This document shows positions 28,751 to 36,714 of a stretch of DNA of 64,000 bases, in pieces. Each line of letters starts with the position of its first letter. Position 1 is the first letter of the stretch. Made by a program: the position numbers and the translations under genes. The stretch comes from Candidatus Gastranaerophilales bacterium. GTDB lineage: Bacteria; Cyanobacteriota; Vampirovibrionia; Gastranaerophilales; Gastranaerophilaceae. The notes under the pieces were generated by a model. It made no database searches. It was not told where the DNA came from and saw only the letters and a program-made list of their open reading frames with translations. The DNA is taken from positions 18,944-82,943 of the forward strand of contig CALVED010000006.1 of the NCBI GenBank assembly GCA_944326485.1. The letters are read 5' to 3'.

Positions 28751-29440
28751 GTGAAATATTTTATGGATGATATTGTTGCAAAAATTTTTAGAAATAAGAT
28801 TTTTAATAAAAAGAAACTTTTAGAATTTGGTTTTAAAGAAAGTGAAAATGGACTTATATTTTCAGCAAAAATATTTGATGCACAATTTGATTTAATTATT
28901 ATAGTAAAAGAAATGAAAACCATTGAAACAAAGCTTATTGATAGTTCTTCTAAGGAAGCATATACTCTACATTTACTGAAGGGTGCTAATGGTAAATTTA
29001 TAGGAAATATTCGTAATGAGTATGAAAAATTTCTAAATAAAGTTGCAGATAATTGTTGTGATGATATCTATTTTAATTCAATACAAGCAAATAGAATAAC
29101 GGAATGGATTAAGCAGAAGTATAATAGTAGTCCGGAATTTTTATGGGATAAGTTTCCGAGATGTGCGGTATTTAGAAATTATGATACAAGAAAGTGGTAT
29201 GGGCTTATAACCGATATTGATTATTCAAAGTTAGATAAGAATAAAAGCGGACAAATTGATGTTTTAAATATAAAAGTTGATAAAGATGAAATTCAAAGTT
29301 ATTTAAAGTTAAAAGGTTATTATCCTGCATATCATATGAATAAGCGGAGTTGGTTATCTGTTGTTTTAGATGATAGTGTAGCAGATGAAGCTTTGAAAAC
29401 ATTGATTGATAGAAGTTATATTTTTTCTCAAAGAAAATAA
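28751..29440 (+). CDS. MmcQ/YjbR-family DNA-binding protein (two-domain)
   Basis: The C-terminal YPAYHMNKRSWLSVVLDDSV matches the YjbR family signature. GTG start at 28751; an alternative ATG is at 28763. Confidence 0.65.
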   Translation: MKYFMDDIVAKIFRNKIFNKKKLLEFGFKESENGLIFSAKIFDAQFDLIIIVKEMKTIETKLIDSSSKEAYTLHLLKGANGKFIGNIRNEYEKFLNKVADNCCDDIYFNSIQANRITEWIKQKYNSSPEFLWDKFPRCAVFRNYDTRKWYGLITDIDYSKLDKNKSGQIDVLNIKVDKDEIQSYLKLKGYYPAYHMNKRSWLSVVLDDSVADEALKTLIDRSYIFSQRK

Positions 29441-29505
29441 TCTGTCTGGACGCTTGTTTTGGATTATATTATAATTCTTTTATCTATATAATAAGGGGTG
29501 TGTTC

Positions 29506-30063
29506 ATGCGAGAAAAAGATAAAATGCTTCTTGGTCAAAAATACGATGCTTTTTATGATGAAGAGCTTACTTTAGAACGCAGAAAAGTTAAAGATTTGTG
29601 TTTTAAATATAATTCTATTGAACCTTCAAACAGAAAAGTACGAGATGAGTTGATTAAAAAAATCTTTGGTAAAACAAAAGAAAAGTTGCATGTTGAATCA
29701 AATTTTTATTGTGATTACGGATATAACATAGAAGTTGGTGCAAATTTTTATACCAATCATAATTGTGTTATTTTAGATTGTGCTAAAGTAAAATTTGGCG
29801 ATAATGTATTTATAGGTCCCAATTGCGGATTTTATACCGCGGTGCATCCGCTTAAAGCAGAAGAGAGAAATTCGGGTATAGAGTGGGCAAAACCTATAAA
29901 CGTAGGTGATAATGTCTGGATTGGCGGCGGAGTTACGGTCTTGCCTGGGGTTACAATTGGTTCTAACAGTGTAATTGGTGCAGGAAGTGTTGTTGTTAAA
30001 GATATACCTGCCAATGTTGTTGCAGTTGGTAATCCTTGCAAAGTAATTAAAGAAATCTCATAA
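29506..30063 (+). CDS. sugar O-acetyltransferase (maltose/galactoside acetyltransferase family, hexapeptide repeats)
   Basis: N-terminal MLLGQKYDAF..EL..R Mac domain. Left-handed beta-helix repeats VWIGGGVTVLPGVTIGSNSVIGAGSVV. ATG at 29506 follows AAGGGG. Confidence 0.85.
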   Translation: MREKDKMLLGQKYDAFYDEELTLERRKVKDLCFKYNSIEPSNRKVRDELIKKIFGKTKEKLHVESNFYCDYGYNIEVGANFYTNHNCVILDCAKVKFGDNVFIGPNCGFYTAVHPLKAEERNSGIEWAKPINVGDNVWIGGGVTVLPGVTIGSNSVIGAGSVVVKDIPANVVAVGNPCKVIKEIS

Positions 30064-30083
30064 TATATTCATAAAGGTATAAT

Positions 30084-33000
30084 ATGACAGAAGTGAAAAA
30101 TAAATATAAACCGAATGAACGCCAGCAGCAATGTATTGATAACATACAGGGCAAAGTAATGGTGCTTGCAGGGCCGGGGACTGGGAAAACCTTTACGCTT
30201 ACAAAGCGCATTGCCTCAATGATTAATAATAATATTAAACCTGCCAATATATTATGCCTTACTTTTTCTGATGCTGCTGCAAGTGAGATGAAGTCAAGAC
30301 TTAACAGTGAGATTGGTATTATGGCTTCAGAGGTTAATATATATACTTATCACTCGTTTTGTAATGAAATTATCAGAATGTATCCTGATAAATTTGGTGT
30401 TTCGCAGAATGTTTCTTTAATAAATTCAACCATCAAGCGAGAACTTATGGTTCAAACAATTGATGAAGCGAAATTAGAGTATTTTGTTGCTGATAGAGGC
30501 GGAAAATATTATTATATTGATACTTTTTTGAATTGTATTGCCAAATTAAAATCACTTAGAATAGATAAAGATTCTTATCTTAGTTATATTGAAACAAATC
30601 CTTCTTTAATGCCAAATATTATTAAATTGAGGAAGGAGATAGAAGAGAAACAACAAAAAGGCAATACGAGGTATGCAACAAAGTTAAAAGAAATTGAAAA
30701 AACAGAAGAAAATATTAATAAAGCGAAAGAATTGTGGAATGTTTATGAAATCTATTCAAGAAAAATGGTTGAAAACAATCTGATAGATTTTGCGGATATG
30801 ATAAATCTTGTTATTGATAAATTTGAGCAGGATAGTACATTTCTTTATGAGATATCTAATAAATATAAGTATTTTTTGGTAGATGAATATCAAGATACTA
30901 ACGATTTACAGAATAGCATATTATTTAATTTAATAGATTCAAATGATAATAAAAATGTATTTGTAGTAGGAGATGATGATCAGGTAATATATGGGTTTCA
31001 GGGTGCAAACAGTGAAAATGTTGATAATTTTCTTAAAAGGTATCCTGATACAAAGTTAATATGTTTAGTAGAGAATAACCGTTCTGCGCAAAATATTTTA
31101 GATTTAAGTTATAGAGTTGTAACGCAAGATTCTACAAGGCTTGAGGGGAATCCGCTTTTTCAGGCTTTTAATATAGAAAAAAAATTAAGAGCGGTTAATC
31201 CCAAAGTTATTGCTAAAGAACAAAAAATTAAACGCTGGCAGTTTGGTGAACTTATTCAAGAATATAATTATATTACTGAAGATATAGTTAATCTTATTAA
31301 TTCAGAAAGATGTCCTATAGATGAGGATACAAAAGAAAAGAAGCTTTCTGAAATAGCAATAATATCGACAAAGAAAAGTGAGTTAAGGGAATTTGAGCAG
31401 CGATTAAAAGCTAGAAATATACCTTGTCAAATTAACGAAGGACAGGATATTTTTAAAATAAAATCTGTAATTAGTCTTTATTTTTATATGAAGGCATTAA
31501 ATAACCAGATAAGTGATTCTGATAAATTATTTGGTTTATTGTTAACGGAACCGTTTTGTATTGACTTAAATGATTATAATAAATTGTATAAAGAGTTTAA
31601 GCGCCAATGTGTTGATAATAATGATTTTATATCTAATATGAAAAGATTATCTGATTGGGTTAATCCGCAAAAAATAAATGATTTTGTAAAAACATTTGAG
31701 TATCTAAAGCAATATGCGGCATCAAATAATTTAAGAAATACAGTTATAGAAATAATTAACAGAACAAGAATTTTAGATTTTTTCTATTCTTCTGAAACTA
31801 ATAGGTTTGAAAATATATCAGGATTAAAGAAGGTAATAGATGAAGCTGTTGATTATATGCAGTTAAATAAGAGTGTATCATTAAATGATTTTGTAAAAAG
31901 GCTTGAATATGCACATCTTAATGATATTGAAATAAGCACAGAAAAAAGCAGTGTTATACAAAACAGTGTTCAGCTTTTAACATATCATGCATCAAAGGGC
32001 AGAGAGTTTGAATGGGTATATTTACCGGATTTACTTGAAGGAAATTGGGAAAAATTCAGAATGCCTGGTGAATATAAACTTATTACGGAAAAATATTACG
32101 AGGAAGCGCAAGCCGAGAAGCGAAAAGATTCTGAGCTGTTGAAAAAGTTATTTGTAGGAATAACGCGATCTAAGTATGGACTGGTTCTTTCGCATTCAGA
32201 TAATGTTGAGCGAAAGCCCAAAGCTGTTACAAAGTATCTTAATGTTTTAAACGATTTTGATTTTGAAAAACAAACTTTTGAATATAAAGAAGATGATTTT
32301 GCAGAGGAGTTATATAAATCTCTTTCTCAGGAAGCAATAAATCATAGAAAGATGTTTGAGAATGAAATAAGGGAACGAGTTAAAAATATTATTTTAAGTC
32401 CTACAAGCATTAACAGTTATATAAGATGTGCAAAGAGTTTCTTTTATAAATCGGTTTTAAAGTTAGAAATGTCTGAGACTGATTATGATGCATTAAATTA
32501 TGGAAGTATTATTCATGATATTTTATACAGATCAATAAAAAATGCGATGAATACAGGTTGTTATATTCCAAAAGAGGAAGCAATAGATATATTTAATAAG
32601 AAAATGGATTATAGTATTTTCAAGACGAAAGCAGATAAAGAGTTATATTATAACCGCGGGATTAAATTATTAAATGGATATTATGTTAAATTTTGCGAAT
32701 TACCAATTAATATAATAGATAATGTTGAAGAAGAATTTAGCAATATAGACGTAAACGGCGAGGTTATAAACGGTAAAATAGACAGGATTGAGAAATTTTC
32801 TGACGGCACTTATGCGCTTTATGATTACAAAACAAGCAGATATACGAGTGCAAATCAAATGATAGTTGGCGGTAAGAAAGAAGATTATTATAATCAGTTA
32901 TGTTGTTATAAATATGCATACGAGAAAAAATATCCGGATAGAAAAGTATCTAAAGCAGGGATTATATATGTAGAAGATAATAAAACTGCAGAAATTGTTT

Positions 33001-33152
33001 TAACTTCTGAAGATATGGATTATATTGAAAATCTTATTTCAGATATATATAAAAATATAAGAGAGTTAAATTTTAGTCCAAAATCAAATATTGATAAAAA
33101 TATATGCGAGCAATGTCCATATAAAGATTTATGTGCGTTAGATGTTATATAG
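30084..33152 (+). CDS. UvrD/PcrA-type superfamily-1 helicase fused to a C-terminal PD-(D/E)XK (Cas4/AddB-like, Cys-cluster) nuclease domain
   Basis: Walker A AGPGTGKT. Motif II DEYQDT. Motif III VGDDDQVIYGFQGA. ENNRS. TYHASKGREFEWVY. VGITRSK. C-terminal C..(GKIDRIE..LYDYKTS)..QLCCY..CEQCPYKDLC. Confidence 0.85.
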   Translation: MTEVKNKYKPNERQQQCIDNIQGKVMVLAGPGTGKTFTLTKRIASMINNNIKPANILCLTFSDAAASEMKSRLNSEIGIMASEVNIYTYHSFCNEIIRMYPDKFGVSQNVSLINSTIKRELMVQTIDEAKLEYFVADRGGKYYYIDTFLNCIAKLKSLRIDKDSYLSYIETNPSLMPNIIKLRKEIEEKQQKGNTRYATKLKEIEKTEENINKAKELWNVYEIYSRKMVENNLIDFADMINLVIDKFEQDSTFLYEISNKYKYFLVDEYQDTNDLQNSILFNLIDSNDNKNVFVVGDDDQVIYGFQGANSENVDNFLKRYPDTKLICLVENNRSAQNILDLSYRVVTQDSTRLEGNPLFQAFNIEKKLRAVNPKVIAKEQKIKRWQFGELIQEYNYITEDIVNLINSERCPIDEDTKEKKLSEIAIISTKKSELREFEQRLKARNIPCQINEGQDIFKIKSVISLYFYMKALNNQISDSDKLFGLLLTEPFCIDLNDYNKLYKEFKRQCVDNNDFISNMKRLSDWVNPQKINDFVKTFEYLKQYAASNNLRNTVIEIINRTRILDFFYSSETNRFENISGLKKVIDEAVDYMQLNKSVSLNDFVKRLEYAHLNDIEISTEKSSVIQNSVQLLTYHASKGREFEWVYLPDLLEGNWEKFRMPGEYKLITEKYYEEAQAEKRKDSELLKKLFVGITRSKYGLVLSHSDNVERKPKAVTKYLNVLNDFDFEKQTFEYKEDDFAEELYKSLSQEAINHRKMFENEIRERVKNIILSPTSINSYIRCAKSFFYKSVLKLEMSETDYDALNYGSIIHDILYRSIKNAMNTGCYIPKEEAIDIFNKKMDYSIFKTKADKELYYNRGIKLLNGYYVKFCELPINIIDNVEEEFSNIDVNGEVINGKIDRIEKFSDGTYALYDYKTSRYTSANQMIVGGKKEDYYNQLCCYKYAYEKKYPDRKVSKAGIIYVEDNKTAEIVLTSEDMDYIENLISDIYKNIRELNFSPKSNIDKNICEQCPYKDLCALDVI

Positions 33153-33155
33153 GTG

Positions 33156-33185
33156 TTAAGTAGCAACAAGTCTTTTATCTTCCAT
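33156..33185 (-). pseudogene. truncated sixth MEDKRL-family cassette (9 codons then stop)
   Basis: The minus strand reads ATG GAA GAT AAA AGA CTT GTT GCT ACT TAA, preceded by GGAAAAATCA. It is identical in sequence to the conserved 5' end of the five intact paralogs and abuts the helicase gene stop. Confidence 0.7.
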
Positions 33186-33217
33186 TGATTTTTCCTTTTA
33201 ACAATATATTCTACAAC

Positions 33218-33544
33218 TTAAGAAAATAATGAGGAAACTGCGATACTAACAAAAAGAATATAAGCCATAAAGAAAAAATAAATAAAAGCGAATATATTAA
33301 ATAATATTTTTGTAATTTTCAAAATTTTTTCATTTTTAATATTTTTAAATTTAATAATATTATTAATTAAAATTGCAAGAATAGGAATAGGAAAATAAAA
33401 AGAAAAAAATATTATAATTCTTATAAAATGTTCAAAATCTTTAATATGACCAATATAGAAAAGATCAATAATAGTGGAGGAAAAAGCAAAAACAAAGAAA
33501 ATAATAATATCTTTTTTAGTAGCAACAAGTCTTTTATCTTCCAT
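33218..33544 (-). CDS. small 3-TM membrane protein, MEDKRL-family paralog (108-aa short form)
   Basis: Conserved N-terminus MEDKRLVATKKDIIIFF. Three hydrophobic segments. Shared motif ILINNIIKFKNI..LKI.K.LFNIF. SD-like spacer upstream. Confidence 0.7.
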   Translation of the reverse strand: MEDKRLVATKKDIIIFFVFAFSSTIIDLFYIGHIKDFEHFIRIIIFFSFYFPIPILAILINNIIKFKNIKNEKILKITKILFNIFAFIYFFFMAYILFVSIAVSSLFS

Positions 33545-33554
33545 TGTTTCTCCT

Positions 33555-33935
33555 TTAACAAATAAAGTTTTGAATTATGTTTAAAGTAAGCTCTGAACTT
33601 TCTTTATATAAATTCATATCTTTGTAAAAATATTTATTAAAAGTATAAATAAAAGAAGTAAATACTCCCATAAATATAATAAAGATAAAAGAGAAAATAT
33701 TAAATAATATTTTTGTAATTTTTAGAAATTTTTCATTTTTAATATTCATAAATTTAATAAAAGAATTAATTAAAATGGCAAGAACAGGCTGGATAAAATA
33801 AAATAAACATATTGAGAATTTATGAAAAAAATCTTCTATATCAATATACATACAAGAAAAAATAGTAAAAGAAAAAGCAAAAATAAAGAAAATAATAATA
33901 TCTTTTTTTGTAGCAATAAGTCTTTTATCTTCCAT
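33555..33935 (-). CDS. small 3-TM membrane protein, MEDKRL-family paralog (126-aa long form)
   Basis: Differs from the 33946..34326 product at one residue (I6 versus V6). The AGGAGAAACA spacer is 10 nt. Confidence 0.75.
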   Translation of the reverse strand: MEDKRLIATKKDIIIFFIFAFSFTIFSCMYIDIEDFFHKFSICLFYFIQPVLAILINSFIKFMNIKNEKFLKITKILFNIFSFIFIIFMGVFTSFIYTFNKYFYKDMNLYKESSELTLNIIQNFIC

Positions 33936-33945
33936 TGTTTCTCCT

Positions 33946-34326
33946 TTAACAAATAAAGTTTTGAATTATGTTTAAAGTAAGCTCTGAACTTTCTTTATAT
34001 AAATTCATATCTTTGTAAAAATATTTATTAAAAGTATAAATAAAAGAAGTAAATACTCCCATAAATATAATAAAGATAAAAGAGAAAATATTAAATAATA
34101 TTTTTGTAATTTTTAGAAATTTTTCATTTTTAATATTCATAAATTTAATAAAAGAATTAATTAAAATGGCAAGAACAGGCTGGATAAAATAAAATAAACA
34201 TATTGAGAATTTATGAAAAAAATCTTCTATATCAATATACATACAAGAAAAAATAGTAAAAGAAAAAGCAAAAATAAAGAAAATAATAATATCTTTTTTC
34301 GTAGCAACAAGTCTTTTATCTTCCAT
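33946..34326 (-). CDS. small 3-TM membrane protein, MEDKRL-family paralog (126-aa long form)
   Basis: Near-identical tandem duplicate of 33555..33935. Confidence 0.75.
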   Translation of the reverse strand: MEDKRLVATKKDIIIFFIFAFSFTIFSCMYIDIEDFFHKFSICLFYFIQPVLAILINSFIKFMNIKNEKFLKITKILFNIFSFIFIIFMGVFTSFIYTFNKYFYKDMNLYKESSELTLNIIQNFIC

Positions 34327-34355
34327 TGATTTTTCCTTATATAAGAGTTTGTATT

Positions 34356-34682
34356 TTAATCAAAAAAATTACTCATTGAATAACAAAATGATAAAAATAA
34401 TGACATAAAAATAAAATAAATTAAAGTAAAAATGTTAAATAATAATTTTATAATTTTTAAAGTTTTTTTATTTCTTATATCTTTAAATTTAATAATATTA
34501 TTAATTAAAATTGCAAAAATTGGAGGAAAAAAATAAATTGAAACAAATAATATTTGAGTAAAAAAGAAATGAAGATTTTCTATTTTGCCAAACCCCCAAA
34601 AGTCAATAATAGTATAAGAAATTGCGATAACAAAGAAAATAATAATATCTTTTTTTGTAGCAACAAGTCTTTTATCTTCCAT
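34356..34682 (-). CDS. small 3-TM membrane protein, MEDKRL-family paralog (108-aa short form)
   Basis: MEDKRLVATKKDIIIFF N-terminus with diverged TM regions. Same length class as 33218..33544. Confidence 0.7.
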   Translation of the reverse strand: MEDKRLVATKKDIIIFFVIAISYTIIDFWGFGKIENLHFFFTQILFVSIYFFPPIFAILINNIIKFKDIRNKKTLKIIKLLFNIFTLIYFIFMSLFLSFCYSMSNFFD

Positions 34683-34692
34683 TGTTTCTCCT

Positions 34693-35073
34693 TTAACAAA
34701 TGAAGTTTTGAATTATGTTTAAAGTAAGCTCTGAACTTTCTTTATAAAACTTCATTCTTTCATAAGAATCTTTATTAAAAGAATTAACACCAGAAGCAAT
34801 TAATCCCATTAATGCAATATAAAGAAAAGAGAAAATGTTAAATAATATTTTTGTAATTTTTAAAAATATTTCATTTTTAATATTCATAAATTTAATAAAA
34901 GAATTAATTAAAATGGCAAGAACCGGCTGGATAAAATAAAATAAACATATTAAGAACCTATGAAAAAAATCTTCTATATACATATACATATAAGAAAAAA
35001 TAGTAAAAGAAAAAGCAAAAACAAAGAAAATAATAATATCTTTTTTAGTAGCAACAAGTCTTTTATCTTCCAT
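34693..35073 (-). CDS. small 3-TM membrane protein, MEDKRL-family paralog (126-aa long form, diverged)
   Basis: Shares the N-terminus and the C-terminal tail YKESSELTLNIIQNFIC with the other long forms. Lies 10 nt after the stop of the 452-aa ORF with an AGGTGAAACA spacer. Confidence 0.75.
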   Translation of the reverse strand: MEDKRLVATKKDIIIFFVFAFSFTIFSYMYMYIEDFFHRFLICLFYFIQPVLAILINSFIKFMNIKNEIFLKITKILFNIFSFLYIALMGLIASGVNSFNKDSYERMKFYKESSELTLNIIQNFIC

Positions 35074-35083
35074 TGTTTCACCT

Positions 35084-36442
35084 CTATTTTTGATTTAAAA
35101 TAGCATTTTTTTCTTCTTTTGGTATTATAACACGATATATTGAAAAATAAGGGGTTATTTTCCCTTTTTCTTGCCTGTTTCTTGCTGCTCTTACAACATC
35201 ATTTTTTTCTCCTTCGTTAAAATCATATACATCTGTAATATATAGTTCAACATCTCCATCTTTATTTATATGCATGTTTTTAATATCTGCATGACCAATA
35301 GCATTTTGCCAGTTGTAATCTTCAAAATTAATGCTTTCATTAATAAAATAGTTTTTGTTCATTGCTTTATTATATTTTTTTAATTTATTAATAAAGTTAG
35401 AATCTTTTATTAGGGCATTTTTTAAACTTTCAGATGATTTTGAATTTACATCTATAAAAATACCTTTTGTTTTTTCTAAATTTTCTTTACCTATTTGCTG
35501 GGTTATTTTATTTTTAAAATATTCTTTAAAATTATCAGGCACTTCGTTATAACTATTATAAATTTTATGTTTTTTAGCGTAAGGTGTATTCATGTAGTAT
35601 TTTGTTTTAGCCATGTGTAAATTTTCTACAGCCTCATCATCTGTTTTTGTAATAAATTTGCTAATTTCTTTTACTATAGGATTATTAATATGGTCTATGG
35701 CAATTTGTTTAGGTATGGCATGAAATCTAAGGTATCTTTCGTTTTCTTTACTGATTTTTTTGCTTCGTTCTTTTATAGCTTCTGCTCTTATTCGTTCAAC
35801 CGTTTCGTTGCCCGGAGTGGATGGGAATTTTAAATTGTTTATAGTTTCTATTCTGAAAGGTTTTGGAGCTGGTTTAGGAGTAATTGTGTTACCTTCAACA
35901 ATAAAATCGTTATCGTTAAGCCCGTAGTTTCTTAAAGATTTTTTATATTGCATTTTATCATTTGTATTAGGAACTTGGGCTTTAATTTCCTGTTGAGTAT
36001 TATCTAAATTGTTTTCATTTTCGTTTGTATTTTCAACAGGCTCATTTTCACTTATTTCTTTATCATCGGCAGTTTTGTTTTTCATTTCAGGATAAAATAA
36101 CTCTGCAACTTCATCATAATTTTTTTGTTTTGGGTCTGTTTTTTTTGTTTTGTCTTTGCTTGTTTCTCTGTCATTTTTATTTTCTGAATTTTCTTTACCC
36201 TCTTCCATATTATCTTTAGAGTTTTTATCTTCATTAGATTTTATTTCTTCTGCTTTAATATTTTCATTTTCTGTTTCTTCCTCATCAGTAATAGATTCTC
36301 CAAGCATTTTGCCTGATTTTTTTGTATTATTATTCTTCTTCTCGGTATTGTTGTAAAGAATATCTGCCCTTTTTTGCAGTTTATCTTCATTATTTGTTTT
36401 ACTGTTTTCTTCTTTAAATTTTTTTAACGGATTAAACCCCAT
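35084..36442 (-). CDS. 452-aa protein of unknown function (charged, disordered N-terminal half; globular C-terminal half); first gene of the cassette operon
   Basis: Long ORF with RBS AGGAAAGGGAA. The N-terminal ~200 aa are rich in K/E/N/D. I do not recognise the C-terminal region (..NWQNAIGHADIKNMHINKDGDVELYITDVYDFNEGEKNDVVRAARNRQEKGK..). No signal peptide. Confidence 0.7.
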   Translation of the reverse strand: MGFNPLKKFKEENSKTNNEDKLQKRADILYNNTEKKNNNTKKSGKMLGESITDEEETENENIKAEEIKSNEDKNSKDNMEEGKENSENKNDRETSKDKTKKTDPKQKNYDEVAELFYPEMKNKTADDKEISENEPVENTNENENNLDNTQQEIKAQVPNTNDKMQYKKSLRNYGLNDNDFIVEGNTITPKPAPKPFRIETINNLKFPSTPGNETVERIRAEAIKERSKKISKENERYLRFHAIPKQIAIDHINNPIVKEISKFITKTDDEAVENLHMAKTKYYMNTPYAKKHKIYNSYNEVPDNFKEYFKNKITQQIGKENLEKTKGIFIDVNSKSSESLKNALIKDSNFINKLKKYNKAMNKNYFINESINFEDYNWQNAIGHADIKNMHINKDGDVELYITDVYDFNEGEKNDVVRAARNRQEKGKITPYFSIYRVIIPKEEKNAILNQK

Positions 36443-36468
36443 AAAATTCCCTTTCCTAATTCAATTTG

Positions 36469-36488
36469 TTTGCATTATCTAATGCAAA
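36469..36488. promoter_or_regulatory. perfect 9-bp inverted repeat (operator-like) 27 nt upstream of the 452-aa gene start
   Basis: TTTGCATTA-TC-TAATGCAAA. Confidence 0.4.
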
Positions 36489-36494
36489 AGTATA

Positions 36495-36527
36495 TCTGAG
36501 AAAAAATTCCTTATAAACTGAAAGACT
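36495..36527 (+). repeat. family-1 repeat, degenerate 5' (module A) stub (copy 8)
   Basis: TCTGAGAAAAAATTCCTTATAAACTGAAAGACT. Confidence 0.55.
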
Positions 36528-36714
36528 TATTATCTAACCATTACATTTTTAGTATAAACTTTTCTTGTAGCTTTTCAAGTCTGCCTCATTAAAATTAGCA
36601 GGTTTTTAAAAATTAAAAGAAGGCAAAACCATGATGAATACTAAGTGGCAGCATTTTGTAAATATTTATTACATTATAATGTAAATATGAGTATAATGTA
36701 CATAATAATGTAAG

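Larger units (their letters stand above)
33545..34326 (-). repeat. two near-perfect 391-bp tandem units (gene plus spacer)
   Basis: Line-by-line comparison at offset 391. The units are identical from the spacer through the gene body and differ only near the 5' end of the ORF (TGTAGCAATAAG versus CGTAGCAACAAG). Confidence 0.9.

Noticed and set aside
33218-35073. Checked whether the regularly spaced repeats (391-bp units, family-1 copies) could be a CRISPR array.
   Set aside because: The repeat units are hundreds of bp long and are coding or structured. There are no 25-40-bp repeats with unique spacers and no cas genes (the Cas4-like domain is part of a helicase fusion).
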